Below, piece after piece: positions 1-8,465 of a stretch of 16,697 nt of DNA (position 1 is the stretch's first letter; each line of letters starts with the position of its first letter). The notes beneath the pieces are model-generated. The model did not search any database and was not told the DNA's origin. It was given only the letters and a program-made list of their open reading frames with translations. The position numbers and the translations under genes are program-made. Origin of the DNA: Candidatus Fervidifonticultor quintus. GTDB lineage: Bacteria > Sysuimicrobiota > Sysuimicrobiia > Sysuimicrobiales > Humicultoraceae. The stretch is taken from positions 1 to 16,697 of the forward strand of contig JAVKIJ010000073.1 of assembly GCA_031459535.1 (NCBI GenBank), given 5' to 3'.

Positions 1-984
1 GTCGAGGTAGCTGTAGGCGATATCCACCAGCAGGTTCGCCACAGCAAACGCCACGCCGACCACCAGGGTCACGCCCATGACGGCATTGAGGTCCTTGAAC
101 AGCAGGGAGTCCACGCCATAGAACGCGATGCCGGGCCAGGCGAAGACGGCCTCCACCAGGAAGGCGTTGCCCAGCAGGAAACCGTACGAGAGGCCGATCA
201 CGGTCAGCGCCGATGAGAACGCGTTCTTGAGCACGTACTTGTAGATGATGACCCGATCGGGCAGCCCGTAGGAACGCGCCGCCAGCGCGTAATCCCGGCG
301 CATCTCCTCGATCATGTTGGCCCGTACCAGGCGCGTGATCTGCGCCAGAGAACCCAGGGAGAGCGCAAAGGCCGGCAGCGCCACGTGCCGGAGGGCGGTG
401 AGGAACGCGCCGGGGTTGGCCGTCAGCAGGCTGTCGAGCAGGTGGAGGCCAGACAGCCGCACCGGCGGCCCCGGCCCCCGGCCGATGGTGGGCAGGGCGC
501 CCAGGTAGTACGCGAAGACCAGTTGCAGGAGGATCGCCAGCCAGAACCGGGGGATCGCGACCCCGGCCAGGGCGATGAGCCGGCTCACGTGGTCCTCGGC
601 GCGGTCCTTGCGCACGGCCGAGACCACGCCCAGCGGCACGCCGACTGCCACCGCGAAGAGCATGGCGACCGTGGTCAGTTCCACCGTAGCCGGTAGGAAC
701 TCCCGAATGTCCTGGGCGACATTGCGGCGGGTGCGCAGCGAGAACCCGAAGTCGCCCCGGAACAGGCCGCTGATGTAGACGACGTACTGGGTGAGCAACG
801 GCTCATCGAGCCCCATCTCGCGCCGCAGTTGCTCCACCTGTTCCAGCGTGGCCTCGGGACCGAGCGCCAGACGAGCGGGGTCGCCCGGCAGCACCCGCGA
901 GATAAGGAACATGAGGATGGACAACCCCACCAGCGCCGGGATCATGTGCAGCAGTCGGCGGAACAGATACGCGGGAAAGCTCAT
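1..984 (-). CDS. ABC transporter permease, DppB/OppB family (3' end truncated by window edge)
   Basis: Absent from the ORF track because there is no stop in the window. Manual translation from ATG at 984 gives MSFPAYLFRRLLHMIPALVGLSILMFLISRVLPGDPARLALGPEATLEQVEQLRREMGLDEPLLTQY...PATVEL...; an EAA-loop region (DYALAARSYGLPDRVIIYKYVLKNA) and C-terminal NLLVDIAYSYLD are present. Lies directly downstream of a family-5 substrate-binding protein gene. Confidence 0.93.
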   Translation of the reverse strand, partial: MSFPAYLFRRLLHMIPALVGLSILMFLISRVLPGDPARLALGPEATLEQVEQLRREMGLDEPLLTQYVVYISGLFRGDFGFSLRTRRNVAQDIREFLPATVELTTVAMLFAVAVGVPLGVVSAVRKDRAEDHVSRLIALAGVAIPRFWLAILLQLVFAYYLGALPTIGRGPGPPVRLSGLHLLDSLLTANPGAFLTALRHVALPAFALSLGSLAQITRLVRANMIEEMRRDYALAARSYGLPDRVIIYKYVLKNAFSSALTVIGLSYGFLLGNAFLVEAVFAWPGIAFYGVDSLLFKDLNAVMGVTLVVGVAFAVANLLVDIAYSYLD

Positions 985-993
985 GGGTGGGGA

Positions 994-1019
994 GCGGAGG
1001 GCCGTCGCGCGCCCTCCGC
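994..1019 (-). other. Intercistronic stem-loop between substrate-binding protein and permease genes
   Basis: Perfect 9-bp inverted repeat GCGGAGGGC (994-1002) / GCCCTCCGC (1011-1019), 8-nt loop, no U-tract. Position matches the mRNA-stabilising hairpins common after SBP genes in ABC operons. Confidence 0.6.
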
Positions 1020-1067
1020 CCGCCTCTCCTTTGGCCTAACAGTCAGCACTCGGTCGCGGCCACGTGC

Positions 1068-2657
1068 CTATCTGGCAACCGTGAAGTCGTAGAACCCCAC
1101 GTCGAACCCCAGCAGCCCCACATAGCGATAGCCCTTGACGTAGTTCCGGAACGCGATGCGGTGGAGCGGGTTGGCCACGTAGATGCTGGGCGCGTCGGCC
1201 ACGATCAGGGCCTGGGCCTCCTGGTAGAGTCTCATCTGCTCCTTGGGATCCACGGCACGCCGCGCGGCCTCCAGCACTCGGCTCACCTTGGGGTTCTCAT
1301 AGAAGCTCATGCAGCGGAAGGTGCCCCAGCAGGACGGGTGATACATCCCGTACGTATGGCTGTCCACGTGGGGGTACTTGAGCGTATCGAAAATGGCCGT
1401 GATGTGGGGTGTTGTCTCCGGCTTGGTGGCCAGCTCCACGATGCGCGCCCACGGGTCACCCCGGATCTCGACCTTGAAGCCCACCGCCTCCAGGTTGTTC
1501 TTGAGAAGCAGGCCGACGAGGCGCTCCAGGGGCAGGGTCACCACGTAGACGTACTCGATGGACAGGCTCGCGGCCGGGACGCCAGATTCTGCCAGCAGTT
1601 GCTTCGCCTTGGCCGTGTTGCGGCTGTAGACGGGCACCTGCGGATTCCACCCGGGCACCCGCACCGGCACCGGTCCCCGGGCTTTGGTGGCGCCCAGGAA
1701 GATCTGCTGGATCGCCGTGTCGTAGTCGAACGCGTAGGAGATCGCCTGGCGTACCTTGAGGTTGTCCAGGGGCGGTTTCTTGGTGTTCATCTCCAGGTGG
1801 AAGAGCTGCACACTGGGGTCTTCCTTGACCACGATGCCTGGCGTACCCTTGAGCTCCTGGAAGCCCTCGACGGACAGCCACTGGTTCACCATGTCGGCTT
1901 CGCCGGACTTGATGAGGGTCTTGACCGTGGCCTCTTCGGTGACAGTCTTGAAGGACGCACGGGTTATCTGGCCGGGCTTCCACCCTCGCCAGTAGTCGTC
2001 GAACCGCACCATCACCATCTCGGTCGCCCGGTCGAAGCGCTGCATCCGGTAGGGGCCCGATCCCGCGTCGGCGCGTTCGAGGAACGCCGTCCCGTAATCA
2101 CCGAACTCCCCGTAGGGGCCCGGCCGGAGGTTCTGCATGATGAGATCCTTGTCCAGGACGAAGAAGAGCAGCAGCGAGCCCAAGAACGGCGCGTAGGCAT
2201 CCTTCAGTTCAAACCGCACAGTGTACCGGTCGGCCGCCTTAACCCGGCCCGGTTCGAGCACCGGCGTCCACACCCACGAGAACCCCTTCTTGATTCGCAG
2301 CGCGCGGTCCATGGACCAGACCACGTCCTCGGCGCCCAGCTCACGGCCGCTGTGGAACTTGACGCCGCGGCGCAGCTTGAACGTGTAGACCTTCCCGTCG
2401 GGCGAGACCGTCCAGGACTCGGCCAGGTGCGCCCGCGGCTCCATGGTCCCCTTCTCGACGTTGGGATAGAGCAGCGGATCATACAGGTTGATGGCCGAGA
2501 TCAGGCTGCTCTCGTCCACGGCCGCCTGCGGATCGCTGGCCGTGATGATCTGCTGCTCGATGTAGTTGAAGGTCACATCCCGCGGCTGGGAACGCGCCTG
2601 CAGCGGGAGCACCAGCAGTACTGCCACCAGAAGCACGACCCCGAACTGACGTCTCAT
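1068..2657 (-). CDS. ABC transporter substrate-binding protein, family 5 (DppA/OppA/NikA-like)
   Basis: 529 aa. Sec-type signal peptide without a lipobox Cys; family-5 signature LAESWTVSPDGKVYTFKLRRGVKFHSG; GSGPY; DNLKVRQAISYAFD. Start overlaps the IclR stop (2654-2657); AGGAGG SD upstream. Confidence 0.95.
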   Translation of the reverse strand: MRRQFGVVLLVAVLLVLPLQARSQPRDVTFNYIEQQIITASDPQAAVDESSLISAINLYDPLLYPNVEKGTMEPRAHLAESWTVSPDGKVYTFKLRRGVKFHSGRELGAEDVVWSMDRALRIKKGFSWVWTPVLEPGRVKAADRYTVRFELKDAYAPFLGSLLLFFVLDKDLIMQNLRPGPYGEFGDYGTAFLERADAGSGPYRMQRFDRATEMVMVRFDDYWRGWKPGQITRASFKTVTEEATVKTLIKSGEADMVNQWLSVEGFQELKGTPGIVVKEDPSVQLFHLEMNTKKPPLDNLKVRQAISYAFDYDTAIQQIFLGATKARGPVPVRVPGWNPQVPVYSRNTAKAKQLLAESGVPAASLSIEYVYVVTLPLERLVGLLLKNNLEAVGFKVEIRGDPWARIVELATKPETTPHITAIFDTLKYPHVDSHTYGMYHPSCWGTFRCMSFYENPKVSRVLEAARRAVDPKEQMRLYQEAQALIVADAPSIYVANPLHRIAFRNYVKGYRYVGLLGFDVGFYDFTVAR

Positions 2658-3475
2658 GCCTCAGCCTCCTCTCCTGCGGTGGAACGACCTCCGAGCAGGC
2701 GGATCGAGATCTCCTCGGCCGCCCGTTTCACCTCTCTCACGAGCCGCGCCCGCGCCGGCTGCGAGAACCGCTCCGCCGGACCGCCAAGACTGATCACGGC
2801 GACCACCTCGTTCTGCGAGTCCACAATGGGCGCGCTGATCGCCGCGACCCCAGGGTCGAACTCGCCCACCGTGAACGCGTACCCCTGCCGGCGGATCCGG
2901 GCCAGATCCCGGCGCAGGGCGCCAGGATCGGTGATGGTGCGCTCCGTGAAGGCCGGGAGGCCGCGGGCCAGAATCTGCTGGATGCGGGCCTCCGGCAGGT
3001 AGGCCAGGTGGACTTTGCCCGCGGCGCCGGCATGGTAGGGTGTGATCCTCCCCACCTGAAAGCTGACCCGGATCCGCTGGGGGCTGTCCACGGTGTCCAG
3101 GCAGACCACGCCGTCCCGACCAGGCGCCGTGAGCACCACCGACTCGCCGGTGCGCTCGGCCAGGGCCAGGAGGGTGGGGCGCGCGACCTGACGGACCTCG
3201 AACCGGCGGAGGACGACACCGGCCAGCTCCAGCGGCTTGGTGCCCAGCACGTACCGTCCGTCGTCGTTCCGCAGCAGATAGCCGTGCCGCTCAAGGGTGC
3301 GGACCAGGCGGAAGACGACGGCCTTACTGAGGCCCGTGGCCCTGGAGAACTCGGTGAGAGTCCGGGTCGCGTTGCCGCTGCCGAGGAGATCCAGCAGCCT
3401 CAGGGCACGGTCCACCGACTGCACCGTGTGGGCTGTGCGGGCTTGGCTGGCGCGGGAGCGGCCCGTGTTTCGCAT
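2654..3475 (-). CDS. IclR family transcriptional regulator
   Basis: N-terminal HTH (VQSVDRALRLLDLL...TLTEFSRATGLSKAVVFRLVRTLERHGYL) and IclR effector domain (TGESV, GAAGKVHLA, IRRQGYA...GVAAISAPI). Start moved to ATG 3475 (MRNTGRS) because the track start at 3577 overlaps the divergent gene. Confidence 0.93.
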   Translation of the reverse strand: MRNTGRSRASQARTAHTVQSVDRALRLLDLLGSGNATRTLTEFSRATGLSKAVVFRLVRTLERHGYLLRNDDGRYVLGTKPLELAGVVLRRFEVRQVARPTLLALAERTGESVVLTAPGRDGVVCLDTVDSPQRIRVSFQVGRITPYHAGAAGKVHLAYLPEARIQQILARGLPAFTERTITDPGALRRDLARIRRQGYAFTVGEFDPGVAAISAPIVDSQNEVVAVISLGGPAERFSQPARARLVREVKRAAEEISIRLLGGRSTAGEEAEA

Positions 3476-3483
3476 TGCGGAAC
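3467..3483. promoter_or_regulatory. Candidate IclR operator (imperfect palindrome over the iclR start codon)
   Basis: GTTTCGCA-T-TGCGGAAC: 8-bp arms with one mismatch, centred on 3475, the first base of the proposed iclR ATG. Confidence 0.5.
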
Positions 3484-3557
3484 CCTGTTTCTCGAGCGGA
3501 GCTATTCGGCCACCGGGGGACAAAACCCTCCAGCCGTGGTAGTAGGAAGGTGGGGGC

Positions 3558-4748
3558 ATGACCCACGACAGCGTCATCGGCCGGATCCGGCTGCGGCGGG
3601 GCCGCGAGGGCCGCGTCGCCGGCGGCCACCTCTGGGTCTACGACGGCGAGATCGCCGAGACCCGGGGGGATCTGGCGCCCGGCGACATCGTCGACGTGGT
3701 CACCGAGCGCGGCCGGTTCCTGGGCCGTGGATATGTCAACCTCGCCTCCCGGATCCGTGTCCGCATCCTGACCCATGCCGATGAACCCATCGACGAGACG
3801 TTCTGGATGCGCCGGCTCCGCGCAGCGCTGGCGCTGCGGCAGCGGGTGGTCACCGACACCACGGCATGGCGGCTCGTCTTCGGCGAGGGCGACCTGCTCC
3901 CCGGCCTCGTGGTGGATCGCTACGGCGACGCCCTCGTCATGCAGACGCTGACCGCGGGCACGGACCGCCGCCGGGAGATGCTGGCCGATCTCCTCCAGCA
4001 TCTGACCGGCGCAGCCGCCATCTACCTGCGCAACGACGCCCCCAGCCGCGCGCTGGAGGGCCTAGAACGCCACCAGGGCTTCATCCGGGGCGCTGGCGCC
4101 ACGGAGATCGAAATCCAGGAGGGCCCGGCCCGGTTCCTCGTGGACATCGCGCGCGGGCAGAAGACCGGCTGGTTCTGCGATCAGCGCGAGAACCGGCTGG
4201 CGGTCGCTCCGCTGGCGCGCGGGCTCGTGGTGCTGGACGTGTTCTGCCATACCGGAGCGTTTGGCATCCAGGCGGCCGCAGCGGGCGCGGCCGAGGTCAG
4301 GGGCCTGGAAGCCAGCGCCGAGGCCGTCGCGGCGGCCCAGGCCAACGCCGTGCGCAACGGCGTCGCAGACCGGTGCACCTATCGCCAGGCCGACGCCTTC
4401 GAGGAGCTGAGGCGGCTGGCGGCAGAGACATGGCGGCCCGATGTGATCATCCTCGACCCGCCGGCATTCGCGCGCACCAAGGCCGCGGTGCCGAGGGCTC
4501 TGGCCGGCTACAAAGAGATCAACCTCCAGGCGATCAAACTGCTGCCACCGGAGGGCATTCTGGTCAGTTGCTCATGCTCGTGGCACGTAGATGAAGCCAT
4601 GTTCTGGAGTGCGGTCCTGGACGCCGCGCGCGATGCCCGGCGCGACCTGCGGCTGGTCGAGTTCCGCTCCCAGGCCCGGGATCACCCGATGCTGGCCGCG
4701 ATGCCGGAGACGCGCTATCTGAAGTGCCTGGTCCTGCAAGTGTTGTGA
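3558..4748 (+). CDS. rlmI: Class I SAM-dependent rRNA methyltransferase, RlmI-like (PUA domain plus methyltransferase domain)
   Basis: 396 aa. GHLWVY PUA motif; RLVFGEGDLLPGLVVDRY; GQKTGWFCDQRENR; SAM motif VLDVFCHTGAF; IILDPPAF; SCSCS; PETRYLK C-terminus. Confidence 0.85.
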   Translation: MTHDSVIGRIRLRRGREGRVAGGHLWVYDGEIAETRGDLAPGDIVDVVTERGRFLGRGYVNLASRIRVRILTHADEPIDETFWMRRLRAALALRQRVVTDTTAWRLVFGEGDLLPGLVVDRYGDALVMQTLTAGTDRRREMLADLLQHLTGAAAIYLRNDAPSRALEGLERHQGFIRGAGATEIEIQEGPARFLVDIARGQKTGWFCDQRENRLAVAPLARGLVVLDVFCHTGAFGIQAAAAGAAEVRGLEASAEAVAAAQANAVRNGVADRCTYRQADAFEELRRLAAETWRPDVIILDPPAFARTKAAVPRALAGYKEINLQAIKLLPPEGILVSCSCSWHVDEAMFWSAVLDAARDARRDLRLVEFRSQARDHPMLAAMPETRYLKCLVLQVL

Positions 4749-4755
4749 TCTTTGG

Positions 4756-4786
4756 CGGTCTGGAGGTGTTGGCGCCTCTCAGACCG
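4756..4786. terminator. Hairpin between the convergent rlmI-like and holB 3' ends (possible terminator or 3' stabiliser)
   Basis: CGGTCTG-GAGGTG-TTGG-CGCCTC-T-CAGACCG forms about 13 bp with one bulge and one G-U on the + strand; includes the holB stop codon. No U-tract on either strand. Confidence 0.4.
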
Positions 4787-5819
4787 GGGCGGCCGGGGCC
4801 TCGGCCCCTCCCAGGGCGAGGAAGAGCTTCTCCAGCACCAGACGCGGGTTCACGTTCCGCCGGAGCGACTCCTTCGCCTCCTCCACGGCCTCGATCCGGG
4901 CGCCCAGTGCCGCTCCGGCGTACCGGTCGGCGATGGACGCGATCTGCGCCTCCCGGTCGCGGTTGGTCAGCAGGCCGGGCTCCCGCGTCTCCCGGTAGAT
5001 CAGCAGGTCACGATACCACAGCACGGCCAGATCGAGCAGCTCGGGAAGCACGTCGGCCTGCTTGGCCAGCGCCTCGGCTGCGTCGAGCCTCGCCAGCGCA
5101 TCGCCTGCCTCCAGCGCTGGCAGCAGGTCCAGCAGCCGGTCGCGCGCCTCGAGCTTCTCCTCCGACCGGGCCCACTCCAGGGCGCGGCCCAACCGGCCGT
5201 CAGCGAGGACCGCCAGCAGGCGGGCCCGCTGAGGGGGAATCCCCCAGCGGTCGCCCAGCGCCCGCTCGATGGCCTCCGTCGGCAGGTACGTACACCGGAT
5301 GAGCTGGCACCGCGACACAATGGTGGGCAACAACGCCACGCTGGATTCGGCCACCAGCAGGAAGACCACGCGCGCTGGAGGCTCTTCGAGGATCTTGAGC
5401 AGGCTGTTGGCGGCATGCTGGTTCATGCGCTCGGCGTCGGCGACGATGAAGACCTTCCACTTCCCTTCATAGGGCGCGAACGATGCCTCCTGCCGGAGCG
5501 CCCGGATCTGGTCCACAGGGATCTCCTTGCCTTTGAACTCTTTGCCGGGCGCCTCGATGTACATGCCCCGGGCCACGTCCAGGACCCGGACGTCCGGGTG
5601 GTTGCCGGCCGTGATCTTCCGGCACGATCGGCACTGGCCGCACGCGTCGCCGTCGGCCTGCTGGCAGTTGAGGTACTGGGCGAAGGCCAGGGCGAGGGTA
5701 CGCCGGCCGACTCCGGCGGGCCCCACGACCAGATACGCATGGCCAACCCGTCCGGCGCGCGCCGCCCCTCGCAGGAGCATCACCGCATGGTCTTGATTGA
5801 CCAGATCCCGAAACGCCAT
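4779..5819 (-). CDS. holB: DNA polymerase III subunit delta'
   Basis: 346 aa. HAYLVVGPAGVGRRT degenerate P-loop; zinc module CQQADGDACGQCRSC; NHPD; AANSLLKILEEPP; LLPTIVSRC (SRC motif). Downstream of tmk. Confidence 0.95.
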   Translation of the reverse strand: MAFRDLVNQDHAVMLLRGAARAGRVGHAYLVVGPAGVGRRTLALAFAQYLNCQQADGDACGQCRSCRKITAGNHPDVRVLDVARGMYIEAPGKEFKGKEIPVDQIRALRQEASFAPYEGKWKVFIVADAERMNQHAANSLLKILEEPPARVVFLLVAESSVALLPTIVSRCQLIRCTYLPTEAIERALGDRWGIPPQRARLLAVLADGRLGRALEWARSEEKLEARDRLLDLLPALEAGDALARLDAAEALAKQADVLPELLDLAVLWYRDLLIYRETREPGLLTNRDREAQIASIADRYAGAALGARIEAVEEAKESLRRNVNPRLVLEKLFLALGGAEAPAAPV

Positions 5820-5857
5820 GGCCGCTTTCGAATCCGGACGCCCTCTGGCCCCACCCT

Positions 5858-6187
5858 CTAGATGCGTTCCATCCGCTCGATGTTCAGCACGAACACGATC
5901 GCCCCGCCGACTTCCACCTTTACCGGATACGTCACGTATGAGTCCACGGGTTCCACGACGGGCGGGATCGGCGTCATGAGCTGTTCCCGCCGATGGCAGA
6001 TCCGGTTGATGATGCCCAGGACCGCCTCGACCTGGTCCTCCTCGACGCCGGAGAGAATGGTGGCGTTGCCTTCCCGGAGGAACCCCCCGGTACTGGCCAG
6101 CATCGTGGCCTGCACGCTGGCCTCGTTGAGGGCGTCGATGAGCCTGTTGGCGTCCTTCTCCTGCACCACGGCCAGGATCAGCTTCAT
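5858..6187 (-). CDS. darA: Cyclic di-AMP receptor DarA/PstA (PII-like, YaaQ/DUF970)
   Basis: 109 aa. MKLILAVVQEKDA...LASTGGFLREGNATILSGVEE...VEVGGAIVFVL; TGGFL and GNxT motifs; tmk-darA-holB context as in Bacillus and Staphylococcus. Confidence 0.92.
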   Translation of the reverse strand: MKLILAVVQEKDANRLIDALNEASVQATMLASTGGFLREGNATILSGVEEDQVEAVLGIINRICHRREQLMTPIPPVVEPVDSYVTYPVKVEVGGAIVFVLNIERMERI

Positions 6188-6222
6188 CCGCTCACCCCCC
6201 AGGCGCTGCCCCGGCGAGGGAT

Positions 6223-6909
6223 CTACGCGCCGGCCAGCCAGCCCCTCTCGTCGAGCAGCCGCCGTACCGCCGCGACCAGCACCGCGTGCACATCGTCACG
6301 GGGCAGCGTGCCGTCAACGACGACGAACCGCGACGCCTCTTCGCGCGCTAATTTGAGGAATCCTGCGCGGACCCGCTGGTGAAACGCCAGATCCTCCTGC
6401 TCCAGGCGGTCGCCGCGGCCGACGGGGGCGTCCTTCCCATGGGCTTCCCGGGCGCGGGCCAGCCCGGCGGCCGGGTCAATGTCGAGCAACAGGGTGAGAT
6501 CGGGACGCAGTCCCCGGGTGGCCACCTCGTTCACGCGGCGTACGATTTCGACGGGCAAGCCGCGGCCGTACCCCTGGTAGGCGATCGAGGCGTCCACGAA
6601 CCGCTCCGCGAGCACGGAGACCCCGGCGTCCAGGTTGGGCAGCACGACATCGGCCACGAACTGGGCCCGGCTGGCGGCGAAGAGCAGCATCTCGGTTTCC
6701 GGTCCCATTCCGCGGTACCGCTCATCGAGCAACAACGCGCGGATCGCCTCTCCCACCGGCGTCCCGCCGGGTTCGCGGGTGAGCACCAGGGGGACGACGT
6801 GGCGAAAGGTCTCGTAGAGACGTCGGGCGTGCGTGGTCTTCCCCGAACCCTCCGGTCCCTCGACGGTGATGAACACCGCGCGTCGCGGTGGCCCGCCCGG
6901 TGGTGTCAC
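6223..6909 (-). CDS. tmk: Thymidylate kinase (dTMP kinase)
   Basis: FITVEGPEGSGKTT P-loop; TREPGGT; EMLLFAASRAQ; ERFVDASIAYQGYGRG; PDLTLLLDID; DRLEQE. Start set at GTG 6909 (GAGG upstream, 11 nt after the previous stop); GTG 6876 is an alternative. Confidence 0.95.
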   Translation of the reverse strand: MTPPGGPPRRAVFITVEGPEGSGKTTHARRLYETFRHVVPLVLTREPGGTPVGEAIRALLLDERYRGMGPETEMLLFAASRAQFVADVVLPNLDAGVSVLAERFVDASIAYQGYGRGLPVEIVRRVNEVATRGLRPDLTLLLDIDPAAGLARAREAHGKDAPVGRGDRLEQEDLAFHQRVRAGFLKLAREEASRFVVVDGTLPRDDVHAVLVAAVRRLLDERGWLAGA

Positions 6910-6920
6910 GAGCGCCTCGG

Positions 6921-8465
6921 CTACTTGGGGTAGATCACGACCCGGCGGAACGGCTCCTCGCCCTTGCTCTCGGACGCCAGGCCGTACCGCTGGACCAGCT
7001 GGTGCTGGAGGCGCCGGACGTAGGAGTTCTGCGGCTCCAGCTCCACCGCTTTGGCGGACTCGAAGACCCGCGCGATAGCCCGCTCGACCTCGCTGAGCGC
7101 GGCCTCGGGAGTCCCGGCTGCCTCCTCTACGTCGAAGTACTCGCGCAGGAACTGCTGGATCTGGGTGACCGTGTTGCTGCGCAGGACGTGGAGAGGGGTG
7201 CCACGGCTGACCGCATCCCGCAGCCTGGCCGGCTGGCGGCGCTCCTGAGACTTTACGGTCAGCACCAGGTCCGCGTCCGAGGCGGCGTCCACAATGTACG
7301 CCGGCACCTGCATCTCGCGGATGGCGCGCTCCAGCCGGTTGCGGCTGACGGCATAGGGATAGATGCGCAGGATCTGCCGGCCGGGTCGCTGCCGGCTCTC
7401 GGGCGGCGCCGACGCGAAGGGGCCCTCGGGCGCCCAACTCGAGACCGACGCAGCCGCAGGTGCGGAGATCTCCACCTCACCTGCCTCGGTGCGCACCCGT
7501 ACCTCCGGCCTCGGAGTGACCCCGCGCAGATACCGGTCCACCACCGCGGCTACGTCGTGGTGTACCGCGAGCCGGTCCTTCTCCTGGATCTCGATCACCA
7601 CGTCGAAGGTGGGGGGCGCCTTGCGCTCCAGCACCGTCTTCTGGGTGCCGCGGCGCCGGGCTTCCTCATCCGAGAGGGTCACCGCCTGGATCCCGCCCAC
7701 CAGGTCGGAGAGGGTCGGGTTCTGCAGCAGGTTGTCCAGCGTATTGCCGTGCGCGGTCGCGATGAGCTGGACGCCCCGCTCGGCGATGGTGCGCGCGGCC
7801 ATGGCCTCGGCCTCGGTGCCGATCTCATCGATGACGATGACCTCAGGCATGTGGTTCTCGACGGCCTCGATCATGACCGCATGCTGGAGTGTCGGCACCG
7901 GGACCTGCATCCGCCGCGCCGCGCCGATGCCCGGATGGGGGATGTCCCCGTCCCCGGCGATCTCATTGGAGGTGTCCACGACCACCACGCGCTTGCGGAG
8001 TTCGTCGGCCAGCACCCGAGCGGCTTCGCGCAGCAAGGTGGTCTTGCCCACGCCCGGCCGGCCCAGGAGCAGGATCGAGCGGCCCGACTCGATCACATCC
8101 CGGATGATGTCCACCGTACCGATGACCGCGCGCCCCACGCGGCACGTCAGGCCGATGATCTCACCCTGGCGGTTGCGAATGGCGCTGATCCGGTGGAGCG
8201 TGCGCTCGATACCCGCGCGGTTGTCCTTGCCGAAGGCGCCGACGCGATCGGTGATGTACTTCAGCGTCGCCCGGTCCACGAACGCATCGTCCAGTGGCAG
8301 GGCCTCACCGGGAAACCGGGCCTCCGGCCGGCGGCCTAGGTCCAGCACCACCTCGAGGAGCTGGTCGAGGTCGGGGCGCCGCTCCAGGGCCGAGCGCAGG
8401 TGCGCGGGAAGCACGTCGAGCAGCAGGTCCAGGTTGTCGGTGATCTGCATCTGCCGCGGAGGCAC
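6921..8465 (-). CDS. Ycf45/SpoIIIAA-like AAA ATPase with C-terminal R3H domain
   Basis: EVVLDLGRRPEARF; DNRAGIERTLHRISAIRNR; Walker A GRPGVGKT; VDTSNEIAGDGDIPH; ENHMPEVIVIDEIG; TAHG; C-terminal R3H LEPQNSYVRRLQH...GEEPFRRVVI. Start GTG 8465 has GGAGG 8 nt upstream; ATG 8450 is an alternative. Confidence 0.9.
   Translation of the reverse strand: MPPRQMQITDNLDLLLDVLPAHLRSALERRPDLDQLLEVVLDLGRRPEARFPGEALPLDDAFVDRATLKYITDRVGAFGKDNRAGIERTLHRISAIRNRQGEIIGLTCRVGRAVIGTVDIIRDVIESGRSILLLGRPGVGKTTLLREAARVLADELRKRVVVVDTSNEIAGDGDIPHPGIGAARRMQVPVPTLQHAVMIEAVENHMPEVIVIDEIGTEAEAMAARTIAERGVQLIATAHGNTLDNLLQNPTLSDLVGGIQAVTLSDEEARRRGTQKTVLERKAPPTFDVVIEIQEKDRLAVHHDVAAVVDRYLRGVTPRPEVRVRTEAGEVEISAPAAASVSSWAPEGPFASAPPESRQRPGRQILRIYPYAVSRNRLERAIREMQVPAYIVDAASDADLVLTVKSQERRQPARLRDAVSRGTPLHVLRSNTVTQIQQFLREYFDVEEAAGTPEAALSEVERAIARVFESAKAVELEPQNSYVRRLQHQLVQRYGLASESKGEEPFRRVVIYPK

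Noticed and set aside
987..3002. 671-aa plus-strand ORF, and similar long ORFs at 4752-5861, 6888-8339, 7363-8574, 8400-9425 and 9618-11186
   Set aside because: All are antisense shadows of well-supported genes, with no recognisable motifs. Long stop-free antisense frames are expected in high-GC coding DNA.
6910..7437. Apparent long N-terminal extension of Tmk (404-aa track ORF)
   Set aside because: It overlaps the AAA-R3H gene in another frame and is low-complexity Ala/Arg/Gly/Pro; a GTG with an SD at 6909 gives a normal-sized Tmk.
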